Source of the DNA: an uncultured Muribaculaceae bacterium
GTDB lineage: Bacteria; Bacillota_I; Bacilli_A; RF39; UBA660
Length of the DNA stretch: 33,906 nucleotides
Direction: 5' to 3'
Assembly (NCBI GenBank): GCA_964617705.1
Contig: CAZTXU010000002.1
Location: forward strand, 1 to 33,906
Below, in pieces: positions 1 through 10,747 of this stretch. A program made the position numbers and the translations under genes. How positions within the stretch are numbered: position 1 is the first letter of the stretch; the number at the start of each line of letters is the position of its first letter. The notes under the pieces were generated by a model. The model saw only the letters and a list, made by a program, of their open reading frames with translations, was not told the origin of the DNA and did not search any database.

Positions 1-432
1 ATAAAAAATTAAGTCAAAACCAGTCTTACTAAGTTCATTAATAAACAAATCTTTACAGGTATAAGTAATTGATTTACCATTTGAATCTTCTTGACAAGAT
101 TTAATAACTAAATCATACCACTTGTTTTTCCAGAAACATTTAACTTTTCTTTCATTGACCAATAACCCAAGCATTGGATTTTGTTCTTTTTCACCAGTTT
201 CAGTATTAATAAATTGATAATACATTTTAAAGGTAAGAGTATTTGTACCATTAATATTACTTACTAATTTTGGTTCAGTCGCGCGCCACTGAGCAGTCAT
301 GGTATCAGAGCCTATAACAGCAATTTTTCTTTCTTCATAATGTTCTGGAATTAAATTTTCTCCCTCTCCCTGAGCAGATACTATATAATCTTCCCAAAGA
401 CTAATTTCATATTTATCCTTTTTTATGCTCAT
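1..432 (-). CDS. Tail-associated protein (Tal / minor structural protein), N-terminal 144 codons only; the 3' end runs off the left edge
   Basis: Minus-strand ATG at 432-430 lies 8 nt after GGAGG (rc of 441-445). I translated it by hand and it stays open for all 144 codons to position 1. It lies immediately downstream of Dit, the canonical Tal position. It is missing from the ORF track because no stop codon falls inside the window. Confidence 0.5.
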   Translation of the reverse strand, partial: MSIKKDKYEISLWEDYIVSAQGEGENLIPEHYEERKIAVIGSDTMTAQWRATEPKLVSNINGTNTLTFKMYYQFINTETGEKEQNPMLGLLVNERKVKCFWKNKWYDLVIKSCQEDSNGKSITYTCKDLFINELSKTGFDLIFY

Positions 433-448
433 TTATTAAGCCTCCATT

Positions 449-1336
449 TTAATAATAAAGATAATCATACTCTATTTTTACGCAGTTCGCGCCAACTGAT
501 AATAACTGACTTTCACCAGTTGGTATTTTAAAAAAATCTCCACTTGTAATAAATTTATTATATAAAGTTCCAGTAGGTTGGAAATTTTCATCACAGCCTT
601 CTATCAAATTTGCTTTACTATTAATTCTAATATAAGTATCTGTAACATTATCATTAGAGTTAAAATCAAAACTTAAAATATTTGAATCTATATATATTCT
701 ACTTAATTCAGCCAAAGAAGTTCTTGCATAATAAGCGAAAAAGTCTGTTTCTAAATCTCCAGGATTATATAGATTTATAGTGGTACCAGTTCTATCATAA
801 CTTCCCTGTGTAGATAATAAACCACTTGCGTCTGCCCATTCTTCTTTATTTGAATCAGTATATTCTGACAAATATTTTTTAGTACAGCGCGCAAATGGAA
901 AGTAGGCAATAAATTGTAAAGAACCCTCGCCCTTATATACTCTATTTACTATTATTTCGCCATTATTTTTTGTTATATTATCAAAACAAATAAACTTTAA
1001 TGTTGGTATGCTACTCGTTTTTACCATATATGTTTTATATGGAGCCTCATCAAATACTAATGGATGTATTTGTTTATCACCCAACCATTGTTTTAATTGT
1101 CTAAATTGTGTTTCAGTTAATTCATCTGTAGCAACTGAAATCGAAATTTGTCTTTGTGTATAATTACTTCCGAAATAATATGTTCCATCTCCTCCAGGTA
1201 TTTGTACTGTTTTATCAGTAGAAGTGGGAAGTAGGTTTTCATTAAACCTACTCCCATCACTTGTTCTTATAATACCCATATCTGAAGAATGGACTCCATT
1301 AAAAGTAAAACCAATAAAGTCTCCACTTAAAGCCAT
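449..1336 (-). CDS. Distal tail protein (Dit, siphovirus tail family)
   Basis: 295 aa. The N-terminus (FIGFTFNGVHSSDMGIIRTS...LLP) and the central LVFDEAPYKTYMVK stretch resemble siphovirus Dit proteins. The gene follows the tape measure gene directly, and there is a GGAGG RBS upstream. Confidence 0.7.
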   Translation of the reverse strand: MALSGDFIGFTFNGVHSSDMGIIRTSDGSRFNENLLPTSTDKTVQIPGGDGTYYFGSNYTQRQISISVATDELTETQFRQLKQWLGDKQIHPLVFDEAPYKTYMVKTSSIPTLKFICFDNITKNNGEIIVNRVYKGEGSLQFIAYFPFARCTKKYLSEYTDSNKEEWADASGLLSTQGSYDRTGTTINLYNPGDLETDFFAYYARTSLAELSRIYIDSNILSFDFNSNDNVTDTYIRINSKANLIEGCDENFQPTGTLYNKFITSGDFFKIPTGESQLLSVGANCVKIEYDYLYY

Positions 1337-1349
1337 TCTCAGGTCCTCC

Positions 1350-4300
1350 TTATCTCAATAAGTTTATTGCATTTACATTACGATAACGAGCATCATTATT
1401 GATTTCTTCTTTAATTTTCTGAATCATTTTTTCTACATCGTAATCATTAGCAATTTCTTCTACTGTTATGTGGAAATCATAATAGTTGTCTCCACTATTT
1501 TTTGTTTTAGTTGAATTTCCTTTTAAAATATCCGAAAGTATATCCTTTAATACAATAAAGTTTTGTGTATCTTTGGAATTTAAAACTAATTCAGGTTTAG
1601 ATTTAGTACCATCTAACCAAGCTATACCCGTATAATCTGCTAATCCACCACTAGCATAAGCCTTATATTTACTTGATAAAGTAGCATTTCTCGTATTTGG
1701 ACCATAATATCCATCTACCGTTACACCAATAGCTCTTTGCAAAATTTTGACCGCATTTTTAGTGTTATTACCATAAATTCCATCAACTTTTAATCCTGTA
1801 CCAAAAGCCGCATTTAATGCTTGTTGTAAATATTTAACCTCATTTGCTGGCATTTGAGCTTGTGGTCTAGCATAAGAATTAATTTTTGCAAAATAACCAG
1901 TTTTAGGTGCTGGAGGAGGAGTAGTATTAGTATTATTAGCTGGTTTAGGACTTAAATCTTTATTTGTAGTAATAGTATTGCTATTTATATCAGCTTTAGC
2001 AATATCAGAACCAGAAATTGTTACTTTACCATTAGACCAAGTGTCATTACTAGAATTATAGCTCATTCCAGTATATTTTTTTCCTTTGGCATCAGTTAAA
2101 GTATATTTATCTCCTTTATACATACTATCTGCCGCAGCTAATTCAGGACTACCAGAATTTCCCTTATTCCATAATTCATTCCATTCTTTCATTAAAGAAA
2201 TTTTTTCAGCTTCGGTCTTATCATTAAAATCTTGAATTTCTTTCCATAATGCCATAGCTTCTGATTTATTCATAGATTCAATAATATTATTAAAATAATC
2301 ACTACTTTGCCAATAATCGAGTTGAGCTTGCATTAAATCTATTTGTTTTTGACGAGCCTCAGCTGCTTCCTCATTTTGTTTGCTTAATCTATCAACTTCT
2401 TGATCAATTAAAGTATCACTATACGATTCACGAGCATCAGCTAGTTCTTCTTCAAGTTGTTTAATTTCTAAATCATTAGCACCAGATGTATCTCTGCGTA
2501 AAAATGCCAATCTTGCTTCTTTTTCAGCAATATCTTCCTCAGTTTTTGTATTATCTCTTATTTGTCTTTCTAAATCTATTGATTCTTGAATACCATTTAA
2601 AATTTTATCATTTGAATCACTAATAGTATTGTTTAATTCACTTAATTCGTCAATTTGCATTTGATATTTTTCAACCAAAGCATCTTTAAGAGTTGTAATT
2701 AATTCAATTCGTGCTTCAAGTTGAGTATCAATTATTTCTATAATTGAATCTTCAATTTCTTCTAAAGCATCTTGAGCTTCTTCTAATTCACTAGAAATTG
2801 ATTCAAGATAACTAATATACTCTTCTACCGCCGAGCCTTGTTCAGCATCTTGTCCTTGTAATGCTTCAATAGCACTCCAATTAATTTCAATTTGACCAGT
2901 TGAAGTATTATAAATACCATATTGAGAAATATTACCTGAACCACCTGCTTTAGCATATGCTTCTTGGAAAGAAATAGTTCTTCCTTCCTCAACTGACATA
3001 GTGGCATTAATAGCGTTTTGAAGTTGTTTTTGTTTTCCAGAAATTAAGTAATTTTGAGAATCAGCTTGTTGCCTTAAATTAGATAATTGCTGTTTTAATA
3101 ACTTATTTAATTGTTCTGTAGAAGTAGCAGAACGACTAGCTAATTTATTGAATTCTCTTTCTAATTTATTACGTTGGCGAAGAAGTTCGTTAATTTTTTC
3201 GGTGGTATTGTAGAATTCGTCGTAGGGGTTTTTCCAGGTTTTTGTGTCTTCTTCGGATCCACCGCCTCCACCGCCACCTCCTCCACCACTACCACCACTG
3301 GAACCACCCCAGTTGTTAGTGCCAGAACCATCGGTTTTTGTGGCTTCAATTGAATATATCGGAACTTGTTTGAATACTGGACCAGATGGGGTATATCCAA
3401 CAACAATATTTTTATAACCAGTAATGTCCCAATCAAGAGTATATCCCATTCCCTTAATATATTGAGCAACCTGTTCCGCTGTCATTCCTGCATCAATTAA
3501 TTTGTTAATAATATCAGAAACATCAGCGGTACCAGTTAAGGAGAAGTCTTTTCCATCTAATTCAGAAACAATATTCTGTATTTCTGTTGTTTTATTTGCC
3601 ACCTCTGGCAAAGTGCTTAAATATTTATTTGATATGGCTTCACCAATTTTTCTAAAAGCTTCTGCGCCAATTTCTCCACCTTGCTCTAACTGTTCAAATA
3701 ACTCTTTGTTTTGCTCTACAAAATCAGTTGTAATTGAATCACCAAAAACTTTTTTTGCAGAATCAGTTATACGTTCGAGCGCAGCATCATATTTACCACC
3801 GCTGTCTTTTCCAGCTTTGAAAGCTTCAATGTTTTCATCTAAGGTAGAATTTAATTTATCTTGAGCTTTTTCTGTGTTTCGAGTATTAATGAGTAATTGT
3901 TTAAGATGATTGTCACTTATATCAAGTTCTCTACCGTTTTCTTTTAAGAACCTTTTAGTTCTTTCATACTCAACATTCAATCCTTTTTCAGAAGCTATTT
4001 GTGCGTCTAATGCGCGCGTCATAGCATTTATTTCTGCTATTTTGTTTGCTCCTTCTTGGTTCGCACCCTCTTTTAAAGCACCAATGTAATCAATGTTTCC
4101 AACTGAATCAGGAGTAAGATTTGAATATTTAAAATCTAACTGATCTTTAATAAATTGTTCATTATTTGCTCTATTTTCGTCTGCAACTCTACCTTGAATA
4201 CCCCAATTGCTTTCAAGATAGGTTTTTACCTTATTGAACAATTGCTGTTTTGAAAATTCAGATGCTACAGTATTCTCTGGGAGAGCTGTTGTTCCACTAG

Positions 4301-7300
4301 CAAATTGAGAAAGGAAACCAAGATCTCCCTCTGCAAATTCTCCTTCTTCAAGAGCGCCATTCTGTATTTTATCTAAAATTTCTTCAGTAGTTAATTTTTG
4401 TCCGCCAAACTGCCACGTTTTACCTTTTGTTTCTGCGATAAAACCTTCTATACTATCAGCATTAGTAACTTTTTCATTCAAATCGCCCTGCATTTCGCCT
4501 AAAATACTCGCAACATTTCCATCAAGGGAACTGAGTAAATTCTCCAACGGCGCAATATAAGTATATTCATCAATACCAGTCCAAACAAAATTACTTGTAT
4601 CAATGCCCTGTGCTTTTAACTTATCTACCTCTTCTTTCGTAAATTTAACTTCTTCATTCTCAATTTTTTCTTCAACTGTTTTTATTGTATCGCTAAGACC
4701 TGTAAGTTTATTCTGTAATTCTTCAAAAGTTAAATTGCGCGATGCCTCGGCACATTCCATAAGGGCTTGAATTAGACTATCGTCTATAACAGCGCCCATT
4801 TCTTCAAGAGATTTGATTGTTTGTTCTATACTGTTTTTGTCGCTGTAATCTGTTGTTGATAAGATTGAGCTTGCGATTTTTTGTTCGTCTGCATTTAAAC
4901 CTTGAGAGTTATATAGTTTTTCGATAATGCTTAATGCTTGTTGAGCATCACCACCACGACCATGTATACCGATTAAGGCATCGGAAAATCCTTTAACTTG
5001 TTCTGCTGAAAAATTGTTTTTATCAATAAACTTATCAAAAGCAGAAAATTCATTACTATCTGCGCCAAAATATTGCTCAAGATTATCAGTAGCAGTCTTA
5101 AATGTTTCTGAACCAAGTAAGATATTATTATAAATTTTTTCAAAATCTATATATTGACTTATCTCTTCCCAAGCCTCTGGTCCTATTACATCAATATATT
5201 CTTTTTTTGCTGCTTTTATATCTTCAGCTGCAATAACACTTTCAAACTCGGCAATATCTTCACTAGTCATTCCTTTGCCTTCAGTAGTCAAAGAGCCGAG
5301 CAAAGCATCAAAATTATTTATATCTTTTGACCCTTTCTCAACAGAAATCTGCAATCCTTCTAACGCGCCAGCTAGTTCTTCCATTTTTGTAGTAAGTTCT
5401 GCTGTAGCATCTTGCGCAGCCAAAATATTTTTAATAGTTTCTTCTGACAGAGACTCATCTTTTAATTGTGCATTTACTTCATCTACCTTCATTCCTTGAG
5501 ATTCAGCATATCGTATTTTCAGATCTTCTGATAATCCCCAACCATAGCTATCAATCTTTTCTTGTATAAGATCTTGATAATCTTTACTTCCACTAACTAC
5601 ATCTTGAGTATATTGTGAAAACTCAGAGTTACTAAGCACATCACTACCAGATATCATTGTAGAATACATCGCTTCTGTGCGAGCATCTTCAGCCAATTTT
5701 GCTGACATGGCAGAAGTAGAAAGTTCATCAAAAGCATCTCCAAGTCTTTGTGTTGAATTAAATACATTTTCAAAAATATCAGAGTTAAAACCTAAATTTG
5801 TAAAGATCTTTTTTGCTTGTTCCTCATTATTTGCTAAGTTTTCAGAATTTATTCCTGCTTCCGCAAGTTTAGCTATAAAATTACCATATTGATCAAAAGT
5901 TAAACCACCAGTATCCATACTTTGACGACCAAGTTCAACAACATTTGTTCCAAACCAGTCCTCTGTAAAGGTTCCTAAAAAAGTGCTAAGATCGTATGAT
6001 AATTGATTTCCCCATTCCCACGCAGCCTCTCGGGCAGGTAGACCTAATCCAAAGAGTTCTCCCTGTCTTTTAGAAAAGATATTTTCAAACTCTATTTCTT
6101 GTTGAAGTCCAGCAACTTGTGATTGTAATGCGTTTTGAGCAATTAAAGAATTTGTAAGTTTATTTTGTTGTCCTTCGAGTATGACTTCAAAACCTTGTTC
6201 TTTAATATTTAAAGCACCGTTTTCGGTAGTATTAATATATTCAGCTAATTTTGGATATTTATTGATTAATTCTAATACTTGCTGATTAATTTCTATTAAT
6301 TTTTCTTTCCATTCAGCAGTGCCTTTAGTTAAACCTTCAAAAGTATTTTGAAGTTCCTCTAATCCAGATTTAGAATCAGCAATTTCCTCCATTGCTGTTT
6401 TCGCTTTTTCCGCTTCATCGCTTAAAGCGGAGATTTGTTCATTTAGTTTTTCTATTTTTGCTTGTTGCCCAAGAGAGTTTATTGCTACTCCAAGCGCTAT
6501 TATCGCTCCAGTAATTGCAACTATAGTCAAAACAATTGGGTTATGTAAAAGTCCTAATAGCGATGCTTGTACTTTTTTAGACATTGACATAAAGATGTTT
6601 CCGACTATTCCCGCAATTGGACCAAGCATCATAAGCACACTGCCAAGCTGTCTAACAGTATCAATGGCTTTTTTATCTGCTCCTACTGCCTCCATTATAC
6701 TCGCAACGCCTTGGAGTGCAAGACCAGCAAGAGTTGCGCCTGTGGATACGGTTTTGAAGCTTGCGGAATATTTTTTTAATTTTACTCCTGCTTTTTCGGC
6801 CTCTTCTCCTGTATATTTAATTTCATAGCCGGTTCCCTCTAAGGCTTGATTAATAGCTTTATCATCAATACCATCTTCAAAAGCTAAAAGCGCAGCAATT
6901 TTATTTTTTACTTCTGGGGGAACAGCCATATTTTTTACTTTTCCCCAAATACTATCTTTGAATTTTTCTATTCCCTCGGGTTTAATATTGGAAAAATCTA
7001 TTTGTTCTAAACCAAAAGAATCAATTTTCTTAATCCCTAATCTCTCTAAAAGACTATTTCCAAAGTCCTTCTTACTTATCTTGTCTATTCCTTCCTCGAG
7101 TCCTTCCCCAAGGTTCTCAGCAACACTCCTACCTGCTCGTTGAGCTTCTTCTTCAGTTACCTTTCCGCCCAATCCAAGCTTTAACTTGGCAAAAATACCA
7201 CCTTTTCCTAAAATGGTTTTTCCTATTTTAAATGCGCCGAACGCCATTCCTAAACTTAAAATACTTTTTGCCAAGCCATTTCCGCCAGAAACTGCGTCTA

Positions 7301-9848
7301 ATATTCCATTAATAGTATTTAAAAAGCCAGTAAGTAAATCAACCGCGCCTTTAATAAATTCATTATTAGCTAATCCCATAACGAATTGATCCCAAGCATT
7401 TTTAAGTTGAGTTAATTTAGCTTCCAAACTATCTAAGGTTTTACTAAACTGTTCTTGGCTCGCGCCAGCACTAGAATATGCTGAATCAACTAACTCTTGT
7501 GTTCGAGCATAATCACTCATCATAGCAATAAAACGGGATTGTTGTCTTGATCCGGCAGCAGTCGTAGCTATATATCTTTGTGTTGTAAAATCAAGAGTAT
7601 CCCATTTTTTAGCCAGTTTGAGTAAAATTTGATCCAAACCCTCTGTGCCAGCAAAGAACTCGTTCATTGAGATTCCAACCGATCTTAAAGCACCTTGAAT
7701 TTTATTTACATCTATTATTTCGCCTTCTTCATCTTCTCCTGTAAGCAAACCTTTATCAACTAAAGATTTAACTTCGGAGAATCTTGCTATGATTGTCTTC
7801 ATAGCTGTACCAGCAGTCTCTGGAGCCTCACGCGTTGTCTCTATTATCTGTGCCAAGAGCGAAGCAGTTGTCTCAAACTCCATATTAGCAGAATTTGCGA
7901 TTGAGGCAGTTTTTGACATGGCAACACCAATTTCGTGAGTGTCCGCCGCAGTAATTGCTGCCAACTTAGAATAAACATCATTAACATTCTGTGCCGATGC
8001 TTCATTTAATTCCATGTTAAAACCACGAAGAGCTGCGGTCATTAAGTTTGTAGATTCAACAGCATCTATATTAGCGATTCTAGCCATTTTCGTGGTTTCA
8101 ATACCAAGTTCCATGGCTTCTTTAGTTTTTAGTCCTTGCTGATAATATAATGTGGTAGAACCATAAAGGTCATTGATAGATGCGCCCAATTTATTCGCTT
8201 CTGAAGCATATCTTGGTAATTGTTCCCACATATCGTTTACAGAGAAATCTGTTACAACAGCAGTCTCTGTCATTGTGGCGTCAAGCTGTTTTACCGTTTC
8301 AAAAGCAGAACGAACTGCTCTTTTGAAGAGTTCTATTGCATTTCCAATAGAGAAAAATTGTAAAACCTGATTATGTAATTGATTTACTTCATCATTAACT
8401 CGTTTAATTTCTTTTGATTGATTACCAGCTTTTAGTATCTCCGCTTGGAGCTGTTCCATATATTCGGATGCCTCATCAGTGTTTAACTGTAAAGATTCTA
8501 ATTCTGTTTTTAATTTTTCAAGCGCGGGGTCATCCAATTTCTGTATAGCATTACGTATTCGTTCAAGTCCTTCGGTAGTTTTAAGCGTATCAGCATCGAA
8601 ATTTAAACTATCATCAATTTTTCCTAATGCTGTTGTTATCTCTTTTAATTCTTCTTCTAGTTTTTTAGCTTCATCAGTATATTTTTGAAGGTCTTTTTCT
8701 TTTTTATTATAAGCTCCTTGTTTTGTATTAAGCTGTTTATCAATATTGGCTAAATCTTTTGAAGCTTGCGCACTTTTCTTTTTTGCTTCAGCCTCTTTAT
8801 TTAATGCATTAATATTATTTTCAATTACTTGTGAATAATCCTTTTCAGATACTCCAAACTCTTCCATAGAAAAACCTTGTTGTTTGAGTTGGTTTGGAAT
8901 ATCTTCATTACTATATTTATTAAAGTTAGATAATACAGCACCAAGTTTTCTTGATTTTTCTAATTCGGCGTTTTTTTCTTTTAAAATCTGTAGCGATTTG
9001 TATTCATTCTCTAGCGTAGCTTGAGCTTGTTCTTTTAATTTAGTGTTTGAATCATATGATTTTGTTCCTTTTCTTGGAGTATATTTTTCCCATTCTGAAT
9101 AGGTTTTTCCTTTATATGTTAATTCATCTTTTTCATTTACGCTTACATTTTTATTAGTTAAAGCCTTAGTTCTAGCTTTCTCCGCCTTGCTTTTAGCTGT
9201 TGTTATATCATGGGTAGTGGCTAATTCATTTTGTTTAGCTTTAATGTTGGTTCTTAAAGTATCTTTTAAGTTTTTTACTGCTTTTGTAGTATCGTTTGCT
9301 GTATCTCTTATTTTGTCATATTCATTAATAATATTCTGATGGTCAAGTTTTTTATTACGTAGCTCATCTATTTCTTTTCCAAGTTCTTGAATATCATTTG
9401 TTGTTTGTGTTATTGAGTTATTTTTTGTGTTTAATTTTCCCCATGTAGCTATAAACTCTTTAAGTTTATCCGATGCTTTATTAACTCTATCATCAAAATA
9501 ATCTGGAAATAATTTTTTAGCATCTTTTGTTGTTAAAGAAGTTAAATCTCCAAATACTCTCTGTATTTCTCTGTATGATTTAACGACATCTTCAGCAGTT
9601 TTTAATGCTTCTTTTCTATTAATAAAGTCTATTTTTTCATTATTTGTGAATTGTCTTAATTTTGAAACTCCATCTTTATACTTGTCAAATAATTTAGAAA
9701 GACTGTTTCCAGCGCCTTTGGTAAAGTCAATTTCCACTTGTCCGCCTTTTTCAAGACCGTTTTTAATACCAGAAACAACTTTATCCATATTTGTCAGTAT
9801 AGCATTTACTTCAAAATCCAAATACATAGTTTTTCTATTGCTACTCAT
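1350..9848 (-). CDS. Tail tape measure protein, 2832 aa, with a C-terminal peptidoglycan-binding repeat
   Basis: It has a TP901-type TMP core (MTETAVVTDF...YYQQGL...AALRGF...TAADTHEIGVAMSK...TAGTAMKTIIARF). Long coiled-coil segments and hydrophobic glycine-rich segments are present. A GGSSGGSGGGGGGGGGGS hinge is encoded at about 3256-3309. A PG_binding_1-like repeat (LKVDGIYGNNTKNAVKILQRAIGVTVDGYYGPNTRNA) is encoded at about 1690-1850. There is a GGAG RBS. Confidence 0.9.
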   Translation of the reverse strand: MSSNRKTMYLDFEVNAILTNMDKVVSGIKNGLEKGGQVEIDFTKGAGNSLSKLFDKYKDGVSKLRQFTNNEKIDFINRKEALKTAEDVVKSYREIQRVFGDLTSLTTKDAKKLFPDYFDDRVNKASDKLKEFIATWGKLNTKNNSITQTTNDIQELGKEIDELRNKKLDHQNIINEYDKIRDTANDTTKAVKNLKDTLRTNIKAKQNELATTHDITTAKSKAEKARTKALTNKNVSVNEKDELTYKGKTYSEWEKYTPRKGTKSYDSNTKLKEQAQATLENEYKSLQILKEKNAELEKSRKLGAVLSNFNKYSNEDIPNQLKQQGFSMEEFGVSEKDYSQVIENNINALNKEAEAKKKSAQASKDLANIDKQLNTKQGAYNKKEKDLQKYTDEAKKLEEELKEITTALGKIDDSLNFDADTLKTTEGLERIRNAIQKLDDPALEKLKTELESLQLNTDEASEYMEQLQAEILKAGNQSKEIKRVNDEVNQLHNQVLQFFSIGNAIELFKRAVRSAFETVKQLDATMTETAVVTDFSVNDMWEQLPRYASEANKLGASINDLYGSTTLYYQQGLKTKEAMELGIETTKMARIANIDAVESTNLMTAALRGFNMELNEASAQNVNDVYSKLAAITAADTHEIGVAMSKTASIANSANMEFETTASLLAQIIETTREAPETAGTAMKTIIARFSEVKSLVDKGLLTGEDEEGEIIDVNKIQGALRSVGISMNEFFAGTEGLDQILLKLAKKWDTLDFTTQRYIATTAAGSRQQSRFIAMMSDYARTQELVDSAYSSAGASQEQFSKTLDSLEAKLTQLKNAWDQFVMGLANNEFIKGAVDLLTGFLNTINGILDAVSGGNGLAKSILSLGMAFGAFKIGKTILGKGGIFAKLKLGLGGKVTEEEAQRAGRSVAENLGEGLEEGIDKISKKDFGNSLLERLGIKKIDSFGLEQIDFSNIKPEGIEKFKDSIWGKVKNMAVPPEVKNKIAALLAFEDGIDDKAINQALEGTGYEIKYTGEEAEKAGVKLKKYSASFKTVSTGATLAGLALQGVASIMEAVGADKKAIDTVRQLGSVLMMLGPIAGIVGNIFMSMSKKVQASLLGLLHNPIVLTIVAITGAIIALGVAINSLGQQAKIEKLNEQISALSDEAEKAKTAMEEIADSKSGLEELQNTFEGLTKGTAEWKEKLIEINQQVLELINKYPKLAEYINTTENGALNIKEQGFEVILEGQQNKLTNSLIAQNALQSQVAGLQQEIEFENIFSKRQGELFGLGLPAREAAWEWGNQLSYDLSTFLGTFTEDWFGTNVVELGRQSMDTGGLTFDQYGNFIAKLAEAGINSENLANNEEQAKKIFTNLGFNSDIFENVFNSTQRLGDAFDELSTSAMSAKLAEDARTEAMYSTMISGSDVLSNSEFSQYTQDVVSGSKDYQDLIQEKIDSYGWGLSEDLKIRYAESQGMKVDEVNAQLKDESLSEETIKNILAAQDATAELTTKMEELAGALEGLQISVEKGSKDINNFDALLGSLTTEGKGMTSEDIAEFESVIAAEDIKAAKKEYIDVIGPEAWEEISQYIDFEKIYNNILLGSETFKTATDNLEQYFGADSNEFSAFDKFIDKNNFSAEQVKGFSDALIGIHGRGGDAQQALSIIEKLYNSQGLNADEQKIASSILSTTDYSDKNSIEQTIKSLEEMGAVIDDSLIQALMECAEASRNLTFEELQNKLTGLSDTIKTVEEKIENEEVKFTKEEVDKLKAQGIDTSNFVWTGIDEYTYIAPLENLLSSLDGNVASILGEMQGDLNEKVTNADSIEGFIAETKGKTWQFGGQKLTTEEILDKIQNGALEEGEFAEGDLGFLSQFASGTTALPENTVASEFSKQQLFNKVKTYLESNWGIQGRVADENRANNEQFIKDQLDFKYSNLTPDSVGNIDYIGALKEGANQEGANKIAEINAMTRALDAQIASEKGLNVEYERTKRFLKENGRELDISDNHLKQLLINTRNTEKAQDKLNSTLDENIEAFKAGKDSGGKYDAALERITDSAKKVFGDSITTDFVEQNKELFEQLEQGGEIGAEAFRKIGEAISNKYLSTLPEVANKTTEIQNIVSELDGKDFSLTGTADVSDIINKLIDAGMTAEQVAQYIKGMGYTLDWDITGYKNIVVGYTPSGPVFKQVPIYSIEATKTDGSGTNNWGGSSGGSGGGGGGGGGGSEEDTKTWKNPYDEFYNTTEKINELLRQRNKLEREFNKLASRSATSTEQLNKLLKQQLSNLRQQADSQNYLISGKQKQLQNAINATMSVEEGRTISFQEAYAKAGGSGNISQYGIYNTSTGQIEINWSAIEALQGQDAEQGSAVEEYISYLESISSELEEAQDALEEIEDSIIEIIDTQLEARIELITTLKDALVEKYQMQIDELSELNNTISDSNDKILNGIQESIDLERQIRDNTKTEEDIAEKEARLAFLRRDTSGANDLEIKQLEEELADARESYSDTLIDQEVDRLSKQNEEAAEARQKQIDLMQAQLDYWQSSDYFNNIIESMNKSEAMALWKEIQDFNDKTEAEKISLMKEWNELWNKGNSGSPELAAADSMYKGDKYTLTDAKGKKYTGMSYNSSNDTWSNGKVTISGSDIAKADINSNTITTNKDLSPKPANNTNTTPPPAPKTGYFAKINSYARPQAQMPANEVKYLQQALNAAFGTGLKVDGIYGNNTKNAVKILQRAIGVTVDGYYGPNTRNATLSSKYKAYASGGLADYTGIAWLDGTKSKPELVLNSKDTQNFIVLKDILSDILKGNSTKTKNSGDNYYDFHITVEEIANDYDVEKMIQKIKEEINNDARYRNVNAINLLR

Positions 9849-9863
9849 CTTTCTCTCCTTCTA

Positions 9864-9900
9864 AATAAAAAAATCAGCATTAATTAAAATTAATGCTGAC
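9864..9900 (-). terminator. Intrinsic terminator after tail-tube paralog B
   Basis: On the minus strand there is an 11-bp stem, TCAGCATTAAT / ATTAATGCTGA, followed by TTTTTTTATTT. Confidence 0.6.
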
Positions 9901-9906
9901 AAATAC

Positions 9907-10692
9907 TTAAATATCACTATCTATATCATCATTCAAGGAGTATAAATTACAAACATAACTCGTTCCCCTTTCTCCAGTTGGAACTCCCACAGCTTTAAAA
10001 GTTACTGTAGTTGGATCAACATTTCGCCCCAACCTAATAGATAAATCAGACATTAATTTTAATTTTGGTATTTCAAAAATACCAGTTACAGTACGTCCGT
10101 TTGTATCTTCCTTTAATCGCGTTTTTGCCTGTAATTTTAAATATCCACGAAATAGTCTATTTCCTATTTTAATTGCGCTACCACCATTAACATATTCAGA
10201 TTCATATGTAATATAGGTATTAATATAAGGTTCAGAAATAGTAATTTCTTGCCCAGACAAAGTATGTTCAAGTTTTTCTCCAGTCTCTTCGTTATAAACA
10301 AAAGTTTTTCCTACTGGCACTTGTTTTAATTCTATCTTTCCATTTTCATCACTTTCATGATGTTCTCTATGTGTAATTAATATTACCGAATTATTAGGTT
10401 CAAAATCAATTAATTTTGAATTACTTAATAAAGCTAATTGATTTTTTGAAAAAATCCCTTGGGAAAAATTTAATGGAAGTTCTTTTGTTGTTTCCCAAGT
10501 AACTAATTCTCGATTATCAAAACCACCTTGGGCAGCAACATAATTTTTTACTTCATTCAATCCAGCTATTTGAATATTATCAAAAGCAAGAATGACTTCG
10601 CCTTCTTCAATTATTCTTTTCCCAATCTCTATAGGATAAGTAGCTTTTAAAACCACATCATACAATTCCTTCATTCCCATTAAATTTTCCAT
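9907..10692 (-). CDS. Tail-tube-like protein, paralog B (261 aa)
   Basis: It shares motifs with the upstream 261-aa protein: GG..N.EL(I/V)TW...KE, FS...LA.L and a C-terminal IPK.K..S......DP(S/T)T. It occupies the slot between the major tail protein and the TMP. It has a GGAG RBS and its own terminator. Confidence 0.45.
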   Translation of the reverse strand: MENLMGMKELYDVVLKATYPIEIGKRIIEEGEVILAFDNIQIAGLNEVKNYVAAQGGFDNRELVTWETTKELPLNFSQGIFSKNQLALLSNSKLIDFEPNNSVILITHREHHESDENGKIELKQVPVGKTFVYNEETGEKLEHTLSGQEITISEPYINTYITYESEYVNGGSAIKIGNRLFRGYLKLQAKTRLKEDTNGRTVTGIFEIPKLKLMSDLSIRLGRNVDPTTVTFKAVGVPTGERGTSYVCNLYSLNDDIDSDI

Positions 10693-10705
10693 AAATTTTT
10701 CTCCT

Positions 10706-10736
10706 TAAATAAAAAGCGGAGGATTTCCTCCTCCGC
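10706..10736 (-). terminator. Intrinsic terminator after the major tail protein gene
   Basis: On the minus strand: GCGGAGGA-ggaaa-TCCTCCGC followed by TTTTTATTT. Confidence 0.7.
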
Positions 10737-10747
10737 CTATCTTGTTT

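Noticed and set aside
2825-9864. About a dozen 60-120-aa ORFs inside or antisense to the tape measure gene (2825-3007, 3161-3469, 3502-3864, 5275-5499, 5677-5892, 6595-6828, 6958-7143, 7186-7389, 8173-8370, 8479-8688, 9646-9864).
   Set aside because: All are fully embedded in the 8.5-kb TMP ORF. They have low-complexity Ser/Phe/Leu-rich translations typical of shadow frames, and they lack RBS and promoter signals.
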